A stretch of 47,582 nucleotides of DNA from Candidatus Enterosoma sp. (GTDB lineage: Bacteria > Bacillota_I > Bacilli_A > RFN20 > CAG-288), in assembly GCA_050874925.1 (NCBI GenBank), contig JBNMLQ010000003.1, forward strand, positions 1-47,582, given 5' to 3'. The notes under the pieces were generated by a model, which saw only the letters and a list, made by a program, of their open reading frames with translations, ran no database searches and was not told the origin of the DNA. This document shows positions 1 to 9,293 of the stretch, piece after piece; within the stretch, counting starts at the first letter, position 1; each line of letters begins with the position of its first letter. The position numbers and the translations under genes were made by a program.

Positions 1-1494
1 ATCGGTGCAAATGGTGCCGGAAAATCTACGTTGCTTAGAATCATCTCCGGAGACTTGGAACCGACGGATGGTCATGTTACCAAAGATCCAAAGGAACGTC
101 TTTCTGTCTTGAAACAGGACCATAATGCCTTTGACCAATATGAAGTCCTAAGGACTATCCTTATGGGTTATCCCAGGCTTGTCCAGGTCATGGATGAAAA
201 GGATGCCCTTTATGCCAAGACCGATTTCAGTGAGGAGGATGGTGTAAAGGCCGCGGAACTGGAAACGGAATTTGCCGAAATGGATGGTTGGAATGCTGAA
301 AATGATGCTGAGACATTGATGGTTTCCTTAGGCCTTTCCAAAGATGACGAACACACTTTGATGAAGGATATGGATGCCAAAGATAAAGTCAAGGTTCTTC
401 TTTGCCAGGCTTTGTTCGGCAATCCTGATATTCTGATTCTTGATGAGCCTACGAACAACCTTGATGAGAAAGCCTGCCGTTGGTTGGAAGAGTTCCTCAT
501 CAATTTTGAAAATACGGTACTTATCGTTTCCCATGACCGTTATTTTTTAAATAAGGTCTGTACGCGAATTCTGGATGTCGATTATAACGAAATCAATCTT
601 TTTGCCGGAAACTATGATTTCTGGTACCAGTCTAGCCAGTTGATTCAACAGCAGATGAAAGACCAAAACAAGAAGAAGGAAGAAAGAATCAAAGAACTGC
701 AGGATTTCATTCGTAGATTTGCTGCCAATGCTGCAAAATCCAAACAGGCCACCTCCAGAAAGAAGGCTCTTGATAAGATTCAGCTTGATGAAATGAAGCC
801 TTCCAGCCGTAAGTATCCCTTTATTTCCTTCCGAAGCGAATATCTTCTCGGCAAAGACGTCCTCGAGGTCAAGGAAGCTACCAAAAATGGTTATTTCAAA
901 AACCTTGAATTCACTTTAAAAAATACCGATAAAGTCGCTTTCATTGCGGATAATTCCCTTGCCATCACCAAATTGTTCGATATTCTTTCTGGTAAGGATA
1001 CCTTGGATGGAGGTAGCTACAAATGGGGAAAGACGACCAAGCCTATGTATATTCCTTCGGATTTTTCGGAATTTGATGGTATCGATACCTCTTTGGTCAA
1101 TTATCTTCGTCCGTATGCGAAGGAAACAACAGATGTCTATCTTAGAGGCTTCCTTGGCAGAATGCTGTTTACTGGAGAAGAGGCGTTGAAATCCGTCTCT
1201 GTTCTCTCTGGCGGCGAAAAGGTCAGGCTTCGTTTCTGCAGGGTGATGTTGGATCCGGGAAACGTCATCCTTCTTGATGACCCCACCAATCATCTTGACT
1301 TGGAATCCATCGAATCCCTTAACCGCGGAATGAAGGAAGCGGAGAAGAGTGTCATTCTTTTTTCTTCCCATGACCGCGAGTTGCTGAATACCATTGCCAA
1401 TCGCATCATCTATATCAAGGCAGACGGTAGCTTCATCGATAGGCAGATGACATACGAAGACTTCCTGGAATATCTGGATAATCAAAACGCCTAA
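1..1494 (+). CDS. ABC-F family ribosome-associated ATPase (YbiT/YkpA-like), 5'-truncated by the window edge
   Basis: Frame is open from base 1 with Walker A IGANGAGKST, then ILILDEPTNNLD, the inter-ABC linker (SKQATSRKK) and a second cassette (LSGGEK, LLDDPTNHLD). No TM segments. Confidence 0.93.
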   Translation: MGANGAGKSTLLRIISGDLEPTDGHVTKDPKERLSVLKQDHNAFDQYEVLRTILMGYPRLVQVMDEKDALYAKTDFSEEDGVKAAELETEFAEMDGWNAENDAETLMVSLGLSKDDEHTLMKDMDAKDKVKVLLCQALFGNPDILILDEPTNNLDEKACRWLEEFLINFENTVLIVSHDRYFLNKVCTRILDVDYNEINLFAGNYDFWYQSSQLIQQQMKDQNKKKEERIKELQDFIRRFAANAAKSKQATSRKKALDKIQLDEMKPSSRKYPFISFRSEYLLGKDVLEVKEATKNGYFKNLEFTLKNTDKVAFIADNSLAITKLFDILSGKDTLDGGSYKWGKTTKPMYIPSDFSEFDGIDTSLVNYLRPYAKETTDVYLRGFLGRMLFTGEEALKSVSVLSGGEKVRLRFCRVMLDPGNVILLDDPTNHLDLESIESLNRGMKEAEKSVILFSSHDRELLNTIANRIIYIKADGSFIDRQMTYEDFLEYLDNQNA

Positions 1495-1665
1495 AAACAT
1501 CGGCTGTGGGCATGATGCAATATTGTCTGCAGCCATTTCTTATGGGGAAACGTTCTTTCGTCTCAAACATTTGAAACATTAAAATGTGATGATTCCGTAT
1601 TCTGGGCAAGGCGACCCTTGGCACTACCTTTTCCGGACTGTCTTTGATAGAATAGACTCAGTATC

Positions 1666-3321
1666 ATGAGAAACGGAACCTTGATGGATTATGTCTCCTG
1701 GAGAGGCGATATCGGATTTGAACAAGATGGTTTCAATGATGTCGATAACCTTGTCTTTTCGTTTGTCGCATATTCGAATTTCATCAATATCCGTCTGACA
1801 AAGGAAGAAAACGAGGCGGGAATCACCCTGAAAGAGTATTATGACCGCCTGATGGAAGATGGCGGCTTTCCTAAAACACTCAGTTGGATCATCAAAGAGA
1901 AAGAACTTCAGGTCATTGCTGAAAGCAAGCGTTTTGGAACTGTTTTAGTGAAGAACTATGTCGACATCGTCAAAAGCGATGAAAATGATGCCATTCAGTT
2001 CGCGGCCATGGATTTTTGCTTTGGAAAGAACGAACATTATCTTGCTTTCCGTGGGACGGATGATTCCATTGCCGGTTGGAAGGAAGATATGGAGCTCACA
2101 TATAAAAAGGTCCCTGCCCAGGATCTCGGCGTGGATTATCTCGAATCCAATATCAAGGAAGGATCGCTTTATTATGTCGGAGGTCATTCCAAGGGGGCGA
2201 ATCTTGCCATCTATTCATCTGCCAAGGTATCCAAGGAAAAACGCAAATGCATCAAGAAGGTATATGACAATGACGGCCCTGGTATCTGCAGGGATGTCAT
2301 GGATCCCTCTTTCCTGAAGGATATTGACCCCGTCACTGTCCGTATCGTCCCGTCTTACTCTGTCATCGGCATGTTCTTTGCCTATCCTTTTTCGGATACT
2401 AGGATCGTATTGTCAAAAGAACGTGGTTTGATGCAACATGACATCAAATCATGGCTTGTCTTCAACAAAGAAATCGTGAAGACGGAAAAACTGGATCCTG
2501 AGGCTGAAAGAATAAACAAGGCGTTGGACACTTATATTTCAAATACAAAGATGGAAGATAGGCCGACTGTCATCAATGAACTGATTGACATTTTTGGAGA
2601 TAGCGGAAGGAAGAAGACAGTCACCAGTGTGACAGGAGGCGGACTCAAGGAACTTAACCGTATCCTTGTTCAGTTTACCGATAGAAATCTGAAGACGAAA
2701 AAGGTGATTGTCAGTCTTCCTTTCACAGTTGTCTTTGCAAAGACACTTTTGAAACTGAGACATATCAGGCCGGTGGAGTTCTTCCTCAGGAATCCTTCTT
2801 TTGTTTTGGGCGGAGGATTTCTTCTTCTTGGATTGATCTTTGTTCTCGTACCCTATAACTATATTCCGTATTTCATTGCCTCTTCCTTCCTGGTTGTGAC
2901 GATAGTTGAATTCTTTACCTTCTTCTATTTCTTTTATCTGACCCACTGGAATTTAAAAACGAACCTGACACGGCTTTATGTCACATTGATCTTCATATCA
3001 TTGTCCATCGCTTATTTTGTGTCGGGAGAAGTGATGTCCGGCTTTTCATCCGTCATCTTCGGCATCATCATGATGGCTCTCTCCTTTGGAGGAATCAACA
3101 GGGCACATGACATGTATCAGAAGAAAAACTATTTTTCCTTCGTCCTTGGCATTCTGGAAATCGCATCTCTTCTCATTCTTGGCCTGTATTTCATCCTGAT
3201 TGCCAGCTTCAAGAATGAATTGACATCGGATATCATGGGCTATGTCTTCCTTGGCTTAGGCGGCCTGAGAAGCTTTGAAGGAATCCTGGAAGCATATAAA
3301 AGAAAGCGCGATGGACGCTGA
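1666..3321 (+). CDS. DUF2974/Mbeg1-like alpha/beta hydrolase fused to a C-terminal multi-pass membrane domain
   Basis: AFRGTDDSIAGWKED, lipase-type GHSKG, DGPG and QHD motifs; about 6 hydrophobic helices in the last ~175 aa. Confidence 0.85.
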   Translation: MRNGTLMDYVSWRGDIGFEQDGFNDVDNLVFSFVAYSNFINIRLTKEENEAGITLKEYYDRLMEDGGFPKTLSWIIKEKELQVIAESKRFGTVLVKNYVDIVKSDENDAIQFAAMDFCFGKNEHYLAFRGTDDSIAGWKEDMELTYKKVPAQDLGVDYLESNIKEGSLYYVGGHSKGANLAIYSSAKVSKEKRKCIKKVYDNDGPGICRDVMDPSFLKDIDPVTVRIVPSYSVIGMFFAYPFSDTRIVLSKERGLMQHDIKSWLVFNKEIVKTEKLDPEAERINKALDTYISNTKMEDRPTVINELIDIFGDSGRKKTVTSVTGGGLKELNRILVQFTDRNLKTKKVIVSLPFTVVFAKTLLKLRHIRPVEFFLRNPSFVLGGGFLLLGLIFVLVPYNYIPYFIASSFLVVTIVEFFTFFYFFYLTHWNLKTNLTRLYVTLIFISLSIAYFVSGEVMSGFSSVIFGIIMMALSFGGINRAHDMYQKKNYFSFVLGILEIASLLILGLYFILIASFKNELTSDIMGYVFLGLGGLRSFEGILEAYKRKRDGR

Positions 3322-3436
3322 TGATGCCTTCTTTTTCCTCCGCCTTGCTTGCACGAAGAGCAATTGATGAAATTGCTTCTTTTTTTGTTGTGCGGATTGT
3401 ATAATACCAAGGCTGTTTTTGAGGGAGAGAAAGCGT

Positions 3437-4548
3437 ATGAACGAAGAAACCGGTCAGCAAAGCAAAGACGATTCTAAATGTAAGGTGTTTTTCCGCAAGC
3501 TCAGGCAGAATGCCATGACGACGACAAATGGTATGGCAATCGGCCTGTTTGGTACCTTGATCATCGGCACCATCCTTGACTTGTTCGCCCAGATTCCAGG
3601 CTTTTCGGCCATGTCATCCTTTACGAGCGTCATCAAGGGATTGATGGGGGCTGGTATCGGACTTGGGGTCGCTTTGTCTTTGAAACTTGACGGGGTCAAG
3701 GTCGTCAGCTGTATGGCAGCTGGTGCCATCGGAAACTATGCCTTCAGTTTCTCGACCATGAAGGTATCATCTATCGGTGACCTCTCTCTTGTTATATTTC
3801 TTCCGTCATCTGCCTTCTTGCCATCAAATACGTCATGCGGAAGAAGACTCCCGTGGATATCATCCTGATTCCTCTTGCCGGACTCTTCTTTGCCTTGGTA
3901 TATTCCTTCCTTCTGGCCAACTATGTTCATTACATCACGTTAGGTATCGGCTTTGTCATTGAAAAGACCTTCTCTGTCGTCCCCTTCCTTATGTGCATCA
4001 TCATCTCAGCACTGGTCGGTATGGCTTTGACGGCTCCGATATCTTCTGTTGCCATATGTGTTGCCATATCCATCGGCAACGTTCCGCTTGCCACCTATGC
4101 TGCATTGATTGGTTGCTGCACGCAGATGCTTGGTTTTGCCGTTGAAACGGCTTATGACAACAAATGGGGAAGCGTCTTGGCTGTTGGAATCGGAACGAGT
4201 ATGCTGCAATTCAAGAACATCGTCAGGAAACCCCTCATCTGGATTCCAACCATCATCTCTTCCATGATACTCGGACCTTTTGCCATGATCATGCCAATCC
4301 ATGATGCCCAGTATTATATCGACAATGGTTTCGTTTCTTCGATGTCCGTTGCCGGAGGAATGGGGACGAGCGGACTTGTCGGTCCACTCAACGTTCTTTC
4401 CAGCAATGGCTATGACTGGGTTCTTCTCTTGGAAATCCTTGCCTTTTGCATCGTCCTTCCAATACTTCTTGTGTTTCTCATTGACTTGCTGTTCAGAAAA
4501 CTCGGTTGGATTAAAAAAGGAGATTTCTCCCTTTCTTCGGATTTGTAA
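3437..4548 (+). pseudogene. PTS EIIC-like (PTS_EIIC_2) membrane permease with a single frameshift at about 3781
   Basis: N-terminal GMAIGLFGTLIIGTI (ORF 3419-3868) and C-terminal TAPISSVAI, GIGTSMLQFKNI, GMGTSGLVGP (ORF 3835-4548) are one protein. Adding 1 nt at GA-CCTCTCTCTT restores GDPLSCYISSVICLLAIKYVMRKKTPVD. May be a sequencing error. Confidence 0.85.
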
Positions 4549-4706
4549 ATATAAGATAGCCTTGGCTGATGTTGCCATGGCTTTTTTTTGATAAGAAAAA
4601 AGCCACCGACAAGGTGACTTGATATGAGCAGGTTTCTTTGAAGGATGACTTGCTGTTTATACTGACGAACTCTATGTAGATATAGATGGTTCGCATGGAT
4701 TTTCAA

Positions 4707-4780
4707 TGGCGGGGAAAGAAAGAATCGAACTCTCAACGACGGTTTTGGAGACCGTAGTTATGCCATTTAACTATTTCCCC
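4707..4780 (-). tRNA. tRNA-Trp (CCA)
   Basis: GGGGAAA/TTTCCCC acceptor stem, anticodon loop CT-CCA-AA, TTCGA T-loop, encoded CCA; promoter TTGACT-17-TAAACT at 4832-4804. Confidence 0.96.
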
Positions 4781-4900
4781 ACGAGATGTGGAAAGCATGA
4801 AATAGTTTAATGAAAAAGAGAATGAAAGTCAACCACTATCGAGTTTTTTCTCAATGCTTAGAGAAAAAGAAATAGGCTGCTTCTGTTTGTATATGCTAAC

Positions 4901-4918
4901 TTGTTGAATGGTCAACAA
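4901..4918. promoter_or_regulatory. Rex-like operator palindrome TTGTTGA-N4-TCAACAA
   Basis: Perfect 7-4-7 inverted repeat about 60 bp upstream of the oxidoreductase; close to the clostridial Rex consensus TTGTTAA-N4-TTAACAA. Confidence 0.65.
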
Positions 4919-4980
4919 ATTGTTTTGTAAAAGAAAGCGATTTCAAGTAGAATAGATATGATATAAGAGAGGACAACATC

Positions 4981-7032
4981 ATGGATGAATCGTTGAAACC
5001 GCTGTTTACTCCTTGGAAGATACGAGATTGTGAAATCAAGAACAGGATTGTCATGACTTCGATGGGTGGGACAGATATTTTCGGATGGATGGAAATCAAC
5101 CATTTTGACAAGGAAGCAGCCAAGTTCCTGCTGGATAAGGCGGAACATGATGTTGGATTGATTCTGCCTGGTTGCCAACCGGTCTATAACCCGATGCTGG
5201 GTCAGTGGCTTTATCGGAAGAAAGGCATGTATAAGAAACTGAAGCCGTTTATGGATGAAGTCCACTCTCATGGTGCAAAGTTATTTGTACAGCTGACGGC
5301 AGGTTTTGGAAGATCATTTACAATCTCTGATGATATGGAAAAATTGGCAACTAATCGTTTCCTTGCTTTTTTAGCAAAGCCAATCATGAACTTTTCAAAG
5401 ATCTGTGCGACTGCAAGCCCTTGCGAGAATCGTTGGTCTGATAAGGTTCCATCAAGAGAGATGACCATCAAGGAAATCAAGAAGTTCATCGATGCCTTTG
5501 CCAAGACCTCACGTCTTCTTAAGGAAGCAGGTGTTGACGGTGTCGAAGTCCATGCTGTCCATGAAGGCTATCTGTTGGATCAGTTCACATTGCTCTATAT
5601 CAATCATCGAAAAGATGAATATGGTGGCAGCTTTGAGAACCGTTATCGTTTTGCTGCTGACATCGTCAAGGCCATCAAAAAAGAGTGCGGTGAAGACTTC
5701 CCGGTATCTCTTCGTTATTCCGTAGAGTCAAAAACCAAGGGTATGAGGCAAGGTGCTCTTCCTGGAGAGGACTATGTGGAAGCTGGCAGAGACTTCGAAG
5801 AATCCAAGAAGGCAATCAAATTCCTTTCTGAAGCAGGATACGATATGTTCAACTGCGATAATGGCACCTATGATGCCTGGTATTGGGCACATCCTCCGAT
5901 TTATATGAAGGAAAACTGCAATCTTGAAGACGTCGAGAAAATCAAGCCGTTCACGGATAAGCCAGTCGTCTGTGCTGGTCGTCTGGATCCGAGGGTTGCA
6001 GCAAAATCCATTGCCGAAGGGAAACTGGATGCCGCAGGATTCGCCAGGCCGTTTTTGGCAGACGGGGCATGGGTCAGCAAGATGATTCAAGGAAAGGAGG
6101 ATGATATCCGTCCTTGCATCTGCTGCCATAATGGCTGCTTCAATATGTCTCATTACAAAGGGCATGCCAATGTCCAGTCTCTTTCGGATTCTCTTCATAT
6201 GTCACGCTGTGCCGTCAATGCTGAAACCATGCAAAGCAAGGTTCATTACATCAAAAAGACCGATACTCCCAAGATGATTGCCATCATCGGCGGAGGTATC
6301 GGCGGAATGGAAACGGCAAGAGTCCTCAAACTCAGAGGGCATCATCCGGTCATCTATGAGAAAAGTGACCATTTAGGAGGAACCTTTGTCGCCGCCTCCA
6401 AGGCAAGCTTCAAAGGAAAACTTCGTGAGTTGGAGACTTGGTATGAGCATGAAATGGATAAACTCGGCATCGAAGTTCGCTTGAATACGGAGGTGAAGGA
6501 TATTCATTCTCTTTCTGCCGACAAATATGTCATTGCGACAGGTTCCAAGCCGAGAAAGCTGAAAGTACCCGGATTTGATAAAACGATTGAGGCGATTGAT
6601 TATCTCAACGGCAGGGAAGTCGGTAAGAATGTTACTGTCATCGGTGGTGGCTTGACAGGCTGTGAAATCGCATATGAACTCTATCTTGACGGAAAGAACC
6701 CGACCATCGTGGAAATGAAGGACGACCTGATTGCCCAACCGGGTGTCTGCCTTGCCAATTCCTCCTATCTCAGGGAATTCTTTGCCTGGAAGAAAGTCCC
6801 GGTTTATCTTGAGACCGGTCTTGTCGAAGTGAAGGATGATGCCGTGGTTGTCAAAGATAAGGAAGGAAAGATGTTTGCAATCGACTCCGATTCCGTCATT
6901 GTCTCTGTCGGCTATATTCCAACGCCGCTTGTCAAGGAGGGAAAAGATGTCTACCTTGTCGGAGACTGCTGTGGCATTGGAAATCTGAGAAGCGTCATAT
7001 GGAAGGCATATGATGTCGCAATGAAGATATAG
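4981..7032 (+). CDS. Fe-S flavoenzyme, NADH:flavin oxidoreductase (OYE-like barrel plus FAD/NAD domains), 2-enoate reductase type
   Basis: KNRIVMTSM, EVHAVHEGYLLDQF, DEYGGSFENRYRF, Fe-S motif CICCHNGC...C, GGGIGGME and GGGLTGCE dinucleotide-binding loops. Confidence 0.92.
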   Translation: MDESLKPLFTPWKIRDCEIKNRIVMTSMGGTDIFGWMEINHFDKEAAKFLLDKAEHDVGLILPGCQPVYNPMLGQWLYRKKGMYKKLKPFMDEVHSHGAKLFVQLTAGFGRSFTISDDMEKLATNRFLAFLAKPIMNFSKICATASPCENRWSDKVPSREMTIKEIKKFIDAFAKTSRLLKEAGVDGVEVHAVHEGYLLDQFTLLYINHRKDEYGGSFENRYRFAADIVKAIKKECGEDFPVSLRYSVESKTKGMRQGALPGEDYVEAGRDFEESKKAIKFLSEAGYDMFNCDNGTYDAWYWAHPPIYMKENCNLEDVEKIKPFTDKPVVCAGRLDPRVAAKSIAEGKLDAAGFARPFLADGAWVSKMIQGKEDDIRPCICCHNGCFNMSHYKGHANVQSLSDSLHMSRCAVNAETMQSKVHYIKKTDTPKMIAIIGGGIGGMETARVLKLRGHHPVIYEKSDHLGGTFVAASKASFKGKLRELETWYEHEMDKLGIEVRLNTEVKDIHSLSADKYVIATGSKPRKLKVPGFDKTIEAIDYLNGREVGKNVTVIGGGLTGCEIAYELYLDGKNPTIVEMKDDLIAQPGVCLANSSYLREFFAWKKVPVYLETGLVEVKDDAVVVKDKEGKMFAIDSDSVIVSVGYIPTPLVKEGKDVYLVGDCCGIGNLRSVIWKAYDVAMKI

Positions 7033-7037
7033 AGGTA

Positions 7038-8339
7038 ATGAAAATGTATTTGCCAAAAATGAAACTGACGGACGAAGAGATGGATATTCTTCAGGGAAAG
7101 CAAGGTGAAACCAAAGCGAAGATGATGGAATGCCTTGTCAGGTATGGAGATATTTTCCATGCGAAGAGGATGGTCAAGGTCACGCATGGACAAGGACATC
7201 TTGTCACAAGCTTCGGACTTCAGCTGCTGACTCCAATCTATCCTTTGATGGACGAACTGATTCAGGCAGGGCTCAAGGCTGAAGAAGGTTTCACCGCCGA
7301 TCCCAGACCGCTTGATTATGAGAATATCTCTGCCGGCCCTCTTGAGAGACTTGTCTTCAATCATTTCATGTATTCTACTCAGGGACATTATGAAGAACAG
7401 CTCAAGAAAGTTGGAATGAAGGATGCAAACGGGTTCACCTGCACCTGTTATCTGAAGGAAAACGGCAATATGCCAAAGGAAGGAGACATCCTTTCCTGGG
7501 CAGAAAGCTCAGCTGTTGTATTTGCTAATTCCGTCCTTGGAGCAAGATGCAACCGAAATTCCGGGGTCTATGACCTCTTCGGAACCATTCTTGGTGTAGT
7601 GCCGGAATTTGGTTTCCTTACGGACGAAGGAAGAAAAGCTGATTATAGGGTTATTGTAAAGTGCATCCATCTTCCAGAAGCACAGATTTTGGGAAGCGCC
7701 ATCGGCATGAAAGTGATGGAAAAGGTTCCTTATGTCGAAGGACTTGATCAATACCTTAAGGACCTTCCGGATGAAGATACTATCGCTTATCTTAAAGACT
7801 TCGGTGCCGCGACGGCATCCAACGGTGCTGTCGGTCTATACCATATTGATGGTATCACGCCAGAAGCCAAGCGCCTTGGAAAAAGTCTTCTTAAAGAGGA
7901 TTGCAAGGAATATGTCATCGATGATGAAGAACTTGAGCGTGTCTATAAGAGCTATCCCATCATGTGGAAGAACCGTTCGGCAAAGCCACATAAGTGTTTT
8001 ATCGGGTGCCCACATCTCACCTTGAAGCAACTGAAAGACTGGACGGCCAAGATGGATGCCATGCTGAAAGCCCAGGGAAGGAAGAAACTTGTCATCAATA
8101 CCATCTTCACATCCGCTCCACACGTCATCGAAGAATTCAAGAAATGTCCGGAATACGAGAAATTTGTTTCGACGGGTGCCCATCTATCCTATATCTGCCC
8201 ATTGATGTATGCAGATAATCCGATAGCAGGCGCAAAACCGCTTCTTACGAATTCCAATAAGCTGAGGACATATACGTTTGCAAGATATGAAACGAATGAA
8301 AAGGTCTTGAGCCTGATCTGTGGAAAGGAACATTATTAA
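7038..8339 (+). CDS. Aconitase X catalytic (large) subunit, DUF521
   Basis: LTDEEMDILQGKQGE N-terminus, FTCTCY, WAESSAVVFANSVLGARCNR, GAVGLYHIDGITPEA, IGCPH, ICP. Confidence 0.9.
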   Translation: MKMYLPKMKLTDEEMDILQGKQGETKAKMMECLVRYGDIFHAKRMVKVTHGQGHLVTSFGLQLLTPIYPLMDELIQAGLKAEEGFTADPRPLDYENISAGPLERLVFNHFMYSTQGHYEEQLKKVGMKDANGFTCTCYLKENGNMPKEGDILSWAESSAVVFANSVLGARCNRNSGVYDLFGTILGVVPEFGFLTDEGRKADYRVIVKCIHLPEAQILGSAIGMKVMEKVPYVEGLDQYLKDLPDEDTIAYLKDFGAATASNGAVGLYHIDGITPEAKRLGKSLLKEDCKEYVIDDEELERVYKSYPIMWKNRSAKPHKCFIGCPHLTLKQLKDWTAKMDAMLKAQGRKKLVINTIFTSAPHVIEEFKKCPEYEKFVSTGAHLSYICPLMYADNPIAGAKPLLTNSNKLRTYTFARYETNEKVLSLICGKEHY

Positions 8340-8340
8340 G

Positions 8341-8784
8341 ATGAACGAATTCAAGGGTAGGGTCCTGTTCAAAGGAAATCTCAAGGGTGAGGCTGTGGTC
8401 AGCTCTCATGGCTTCAATACGCTTGCCTCTTTTCAGAAGTCTTTGCTGAGCAAGTCTTCCAAAAGCGTTGTCGTTTCTGATCAGAACAACCCGGATCTTT
8501 TCAAAAAGGAAATCACGGGAAAGATTCTTTGCTTGCCGCAGACCATCGGTTCTACGACAGGTGGCCTTGTCTTACAGACGGCTGCAAGAAGAGGACTGGC
8601 GCCTGCAGCCATGCTTTTTGCCGATGAAATCGATCCTCTTGCGGCAAGCGGTGTCATTCTAAGCAACGTATGGGAGAAGGTTCCTCTTATCTGCATCGAC
8701 GGGCTCGGAAGAAAATTCCTTGATACGGTCAAGACAGGTGATCAGATAGAAATCAAAGAGGACGGAACAGTCGTCATTCTTTAA
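8341..8784 (+). CDS. Aconitase X swivel (small) subunit, DUF126
   Basis: GEAVVS, ITGKILCLPQTIGSTTGG, GLAPAAMLF. ATG at 8341 follows the large-subunit stop by one base. Confidence 0.88.
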   Translation: MNEFKGRVLFKGNLKGEAVVSSHGFNTLASFQKSLLSKSSKSVVVSDQNNPDLFKKEITGKILCLPQTIGSTTGGLVLQTAARRGLAPAAMLFADEIDPLAASGVILSNVWEKVPLICIDGLGRKFLDTVKTGDQIEIKEDGTVVIL

Positions 8785-8790
8785 GAAGGA

Positions 8791-8848
8791 AAAGAAAAAG
8801 GACTGATGCGGATGAATTTTGGCTCATCTGCTTCAGCCCTTCTTTTTT
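8791..8848. terminator. Likely bidirectional intrinsic terminator between convergent genes
   Basis: Imperfect hairpin GGACTGATGCGGATGA...TCATCTGCTTCAGCCC flanked by A and T tracts. Confidence 0.65.
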
Positions 8849-9281
8849 ATTTGTTTTGGAACTCTTTGGCGATTTTGCTGACAGCAGCCATATCAGCCTT
8901 GCCAGCGTAATCCTTTTTGAATGTCATCATGATGTTTTTGATGGACTTGTCTTCCAATCTGGAAATGATGTCTTTGATTTCGTCTTCGGACATCATCTTT
9001 GGAAGATAGGCTTTGATGATGGCAATCTGGGCCTCGTCGTTTTTGGCTTCTTCCAGATGGTTGGCGGATTCATACATTTTCTTTTCGTCTTCCAGTTCCT
9101 TGATGACCTTGTTCAGCACGGAGACCATGTCGGCATCGGTCATCTCCTGATTCTTGACCCTTTTGTCAGATTCAGCCTTTTGATAATAGGCAATGGTGAC
9201 GCCTAAGACGTTCTGGGCATTGACGTCCTTGTTCTTCAAGGCAACCATTTTTGCCTTCTTTAATTCCAATAATGTAACCAT
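8847..9281 (-). CDS. GatB/YqeY domain protein
   Basis: AKMVALKNKD, EAQIAIIKAYLPKMMSEDEI, GKADM pattern of the YqeY family. Confidence 0.88.
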   Translation of the reverse strand: MVTLLELKKAKMVALKNKDVNAQNVLGVTIAYYQKAESDKRVKNQEMTDADMVSVLNKVIKELEDEKKMYESANHLEEAKNDEAQIAIIKAYLPKMMSEDEIKDIISRLEDKSIKNIMMTFKKDYAGKADMAAVSKIAKEFQNK

Positions 9282-9293
9282 GATGTTTTCCTC

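Noticed and set aside
4707-4780. Alternative genetic code (UGA=Trp)
   Set aside because: The Trp tRNA has anticodon CCA and several conserved genes end cleanly at TGA.
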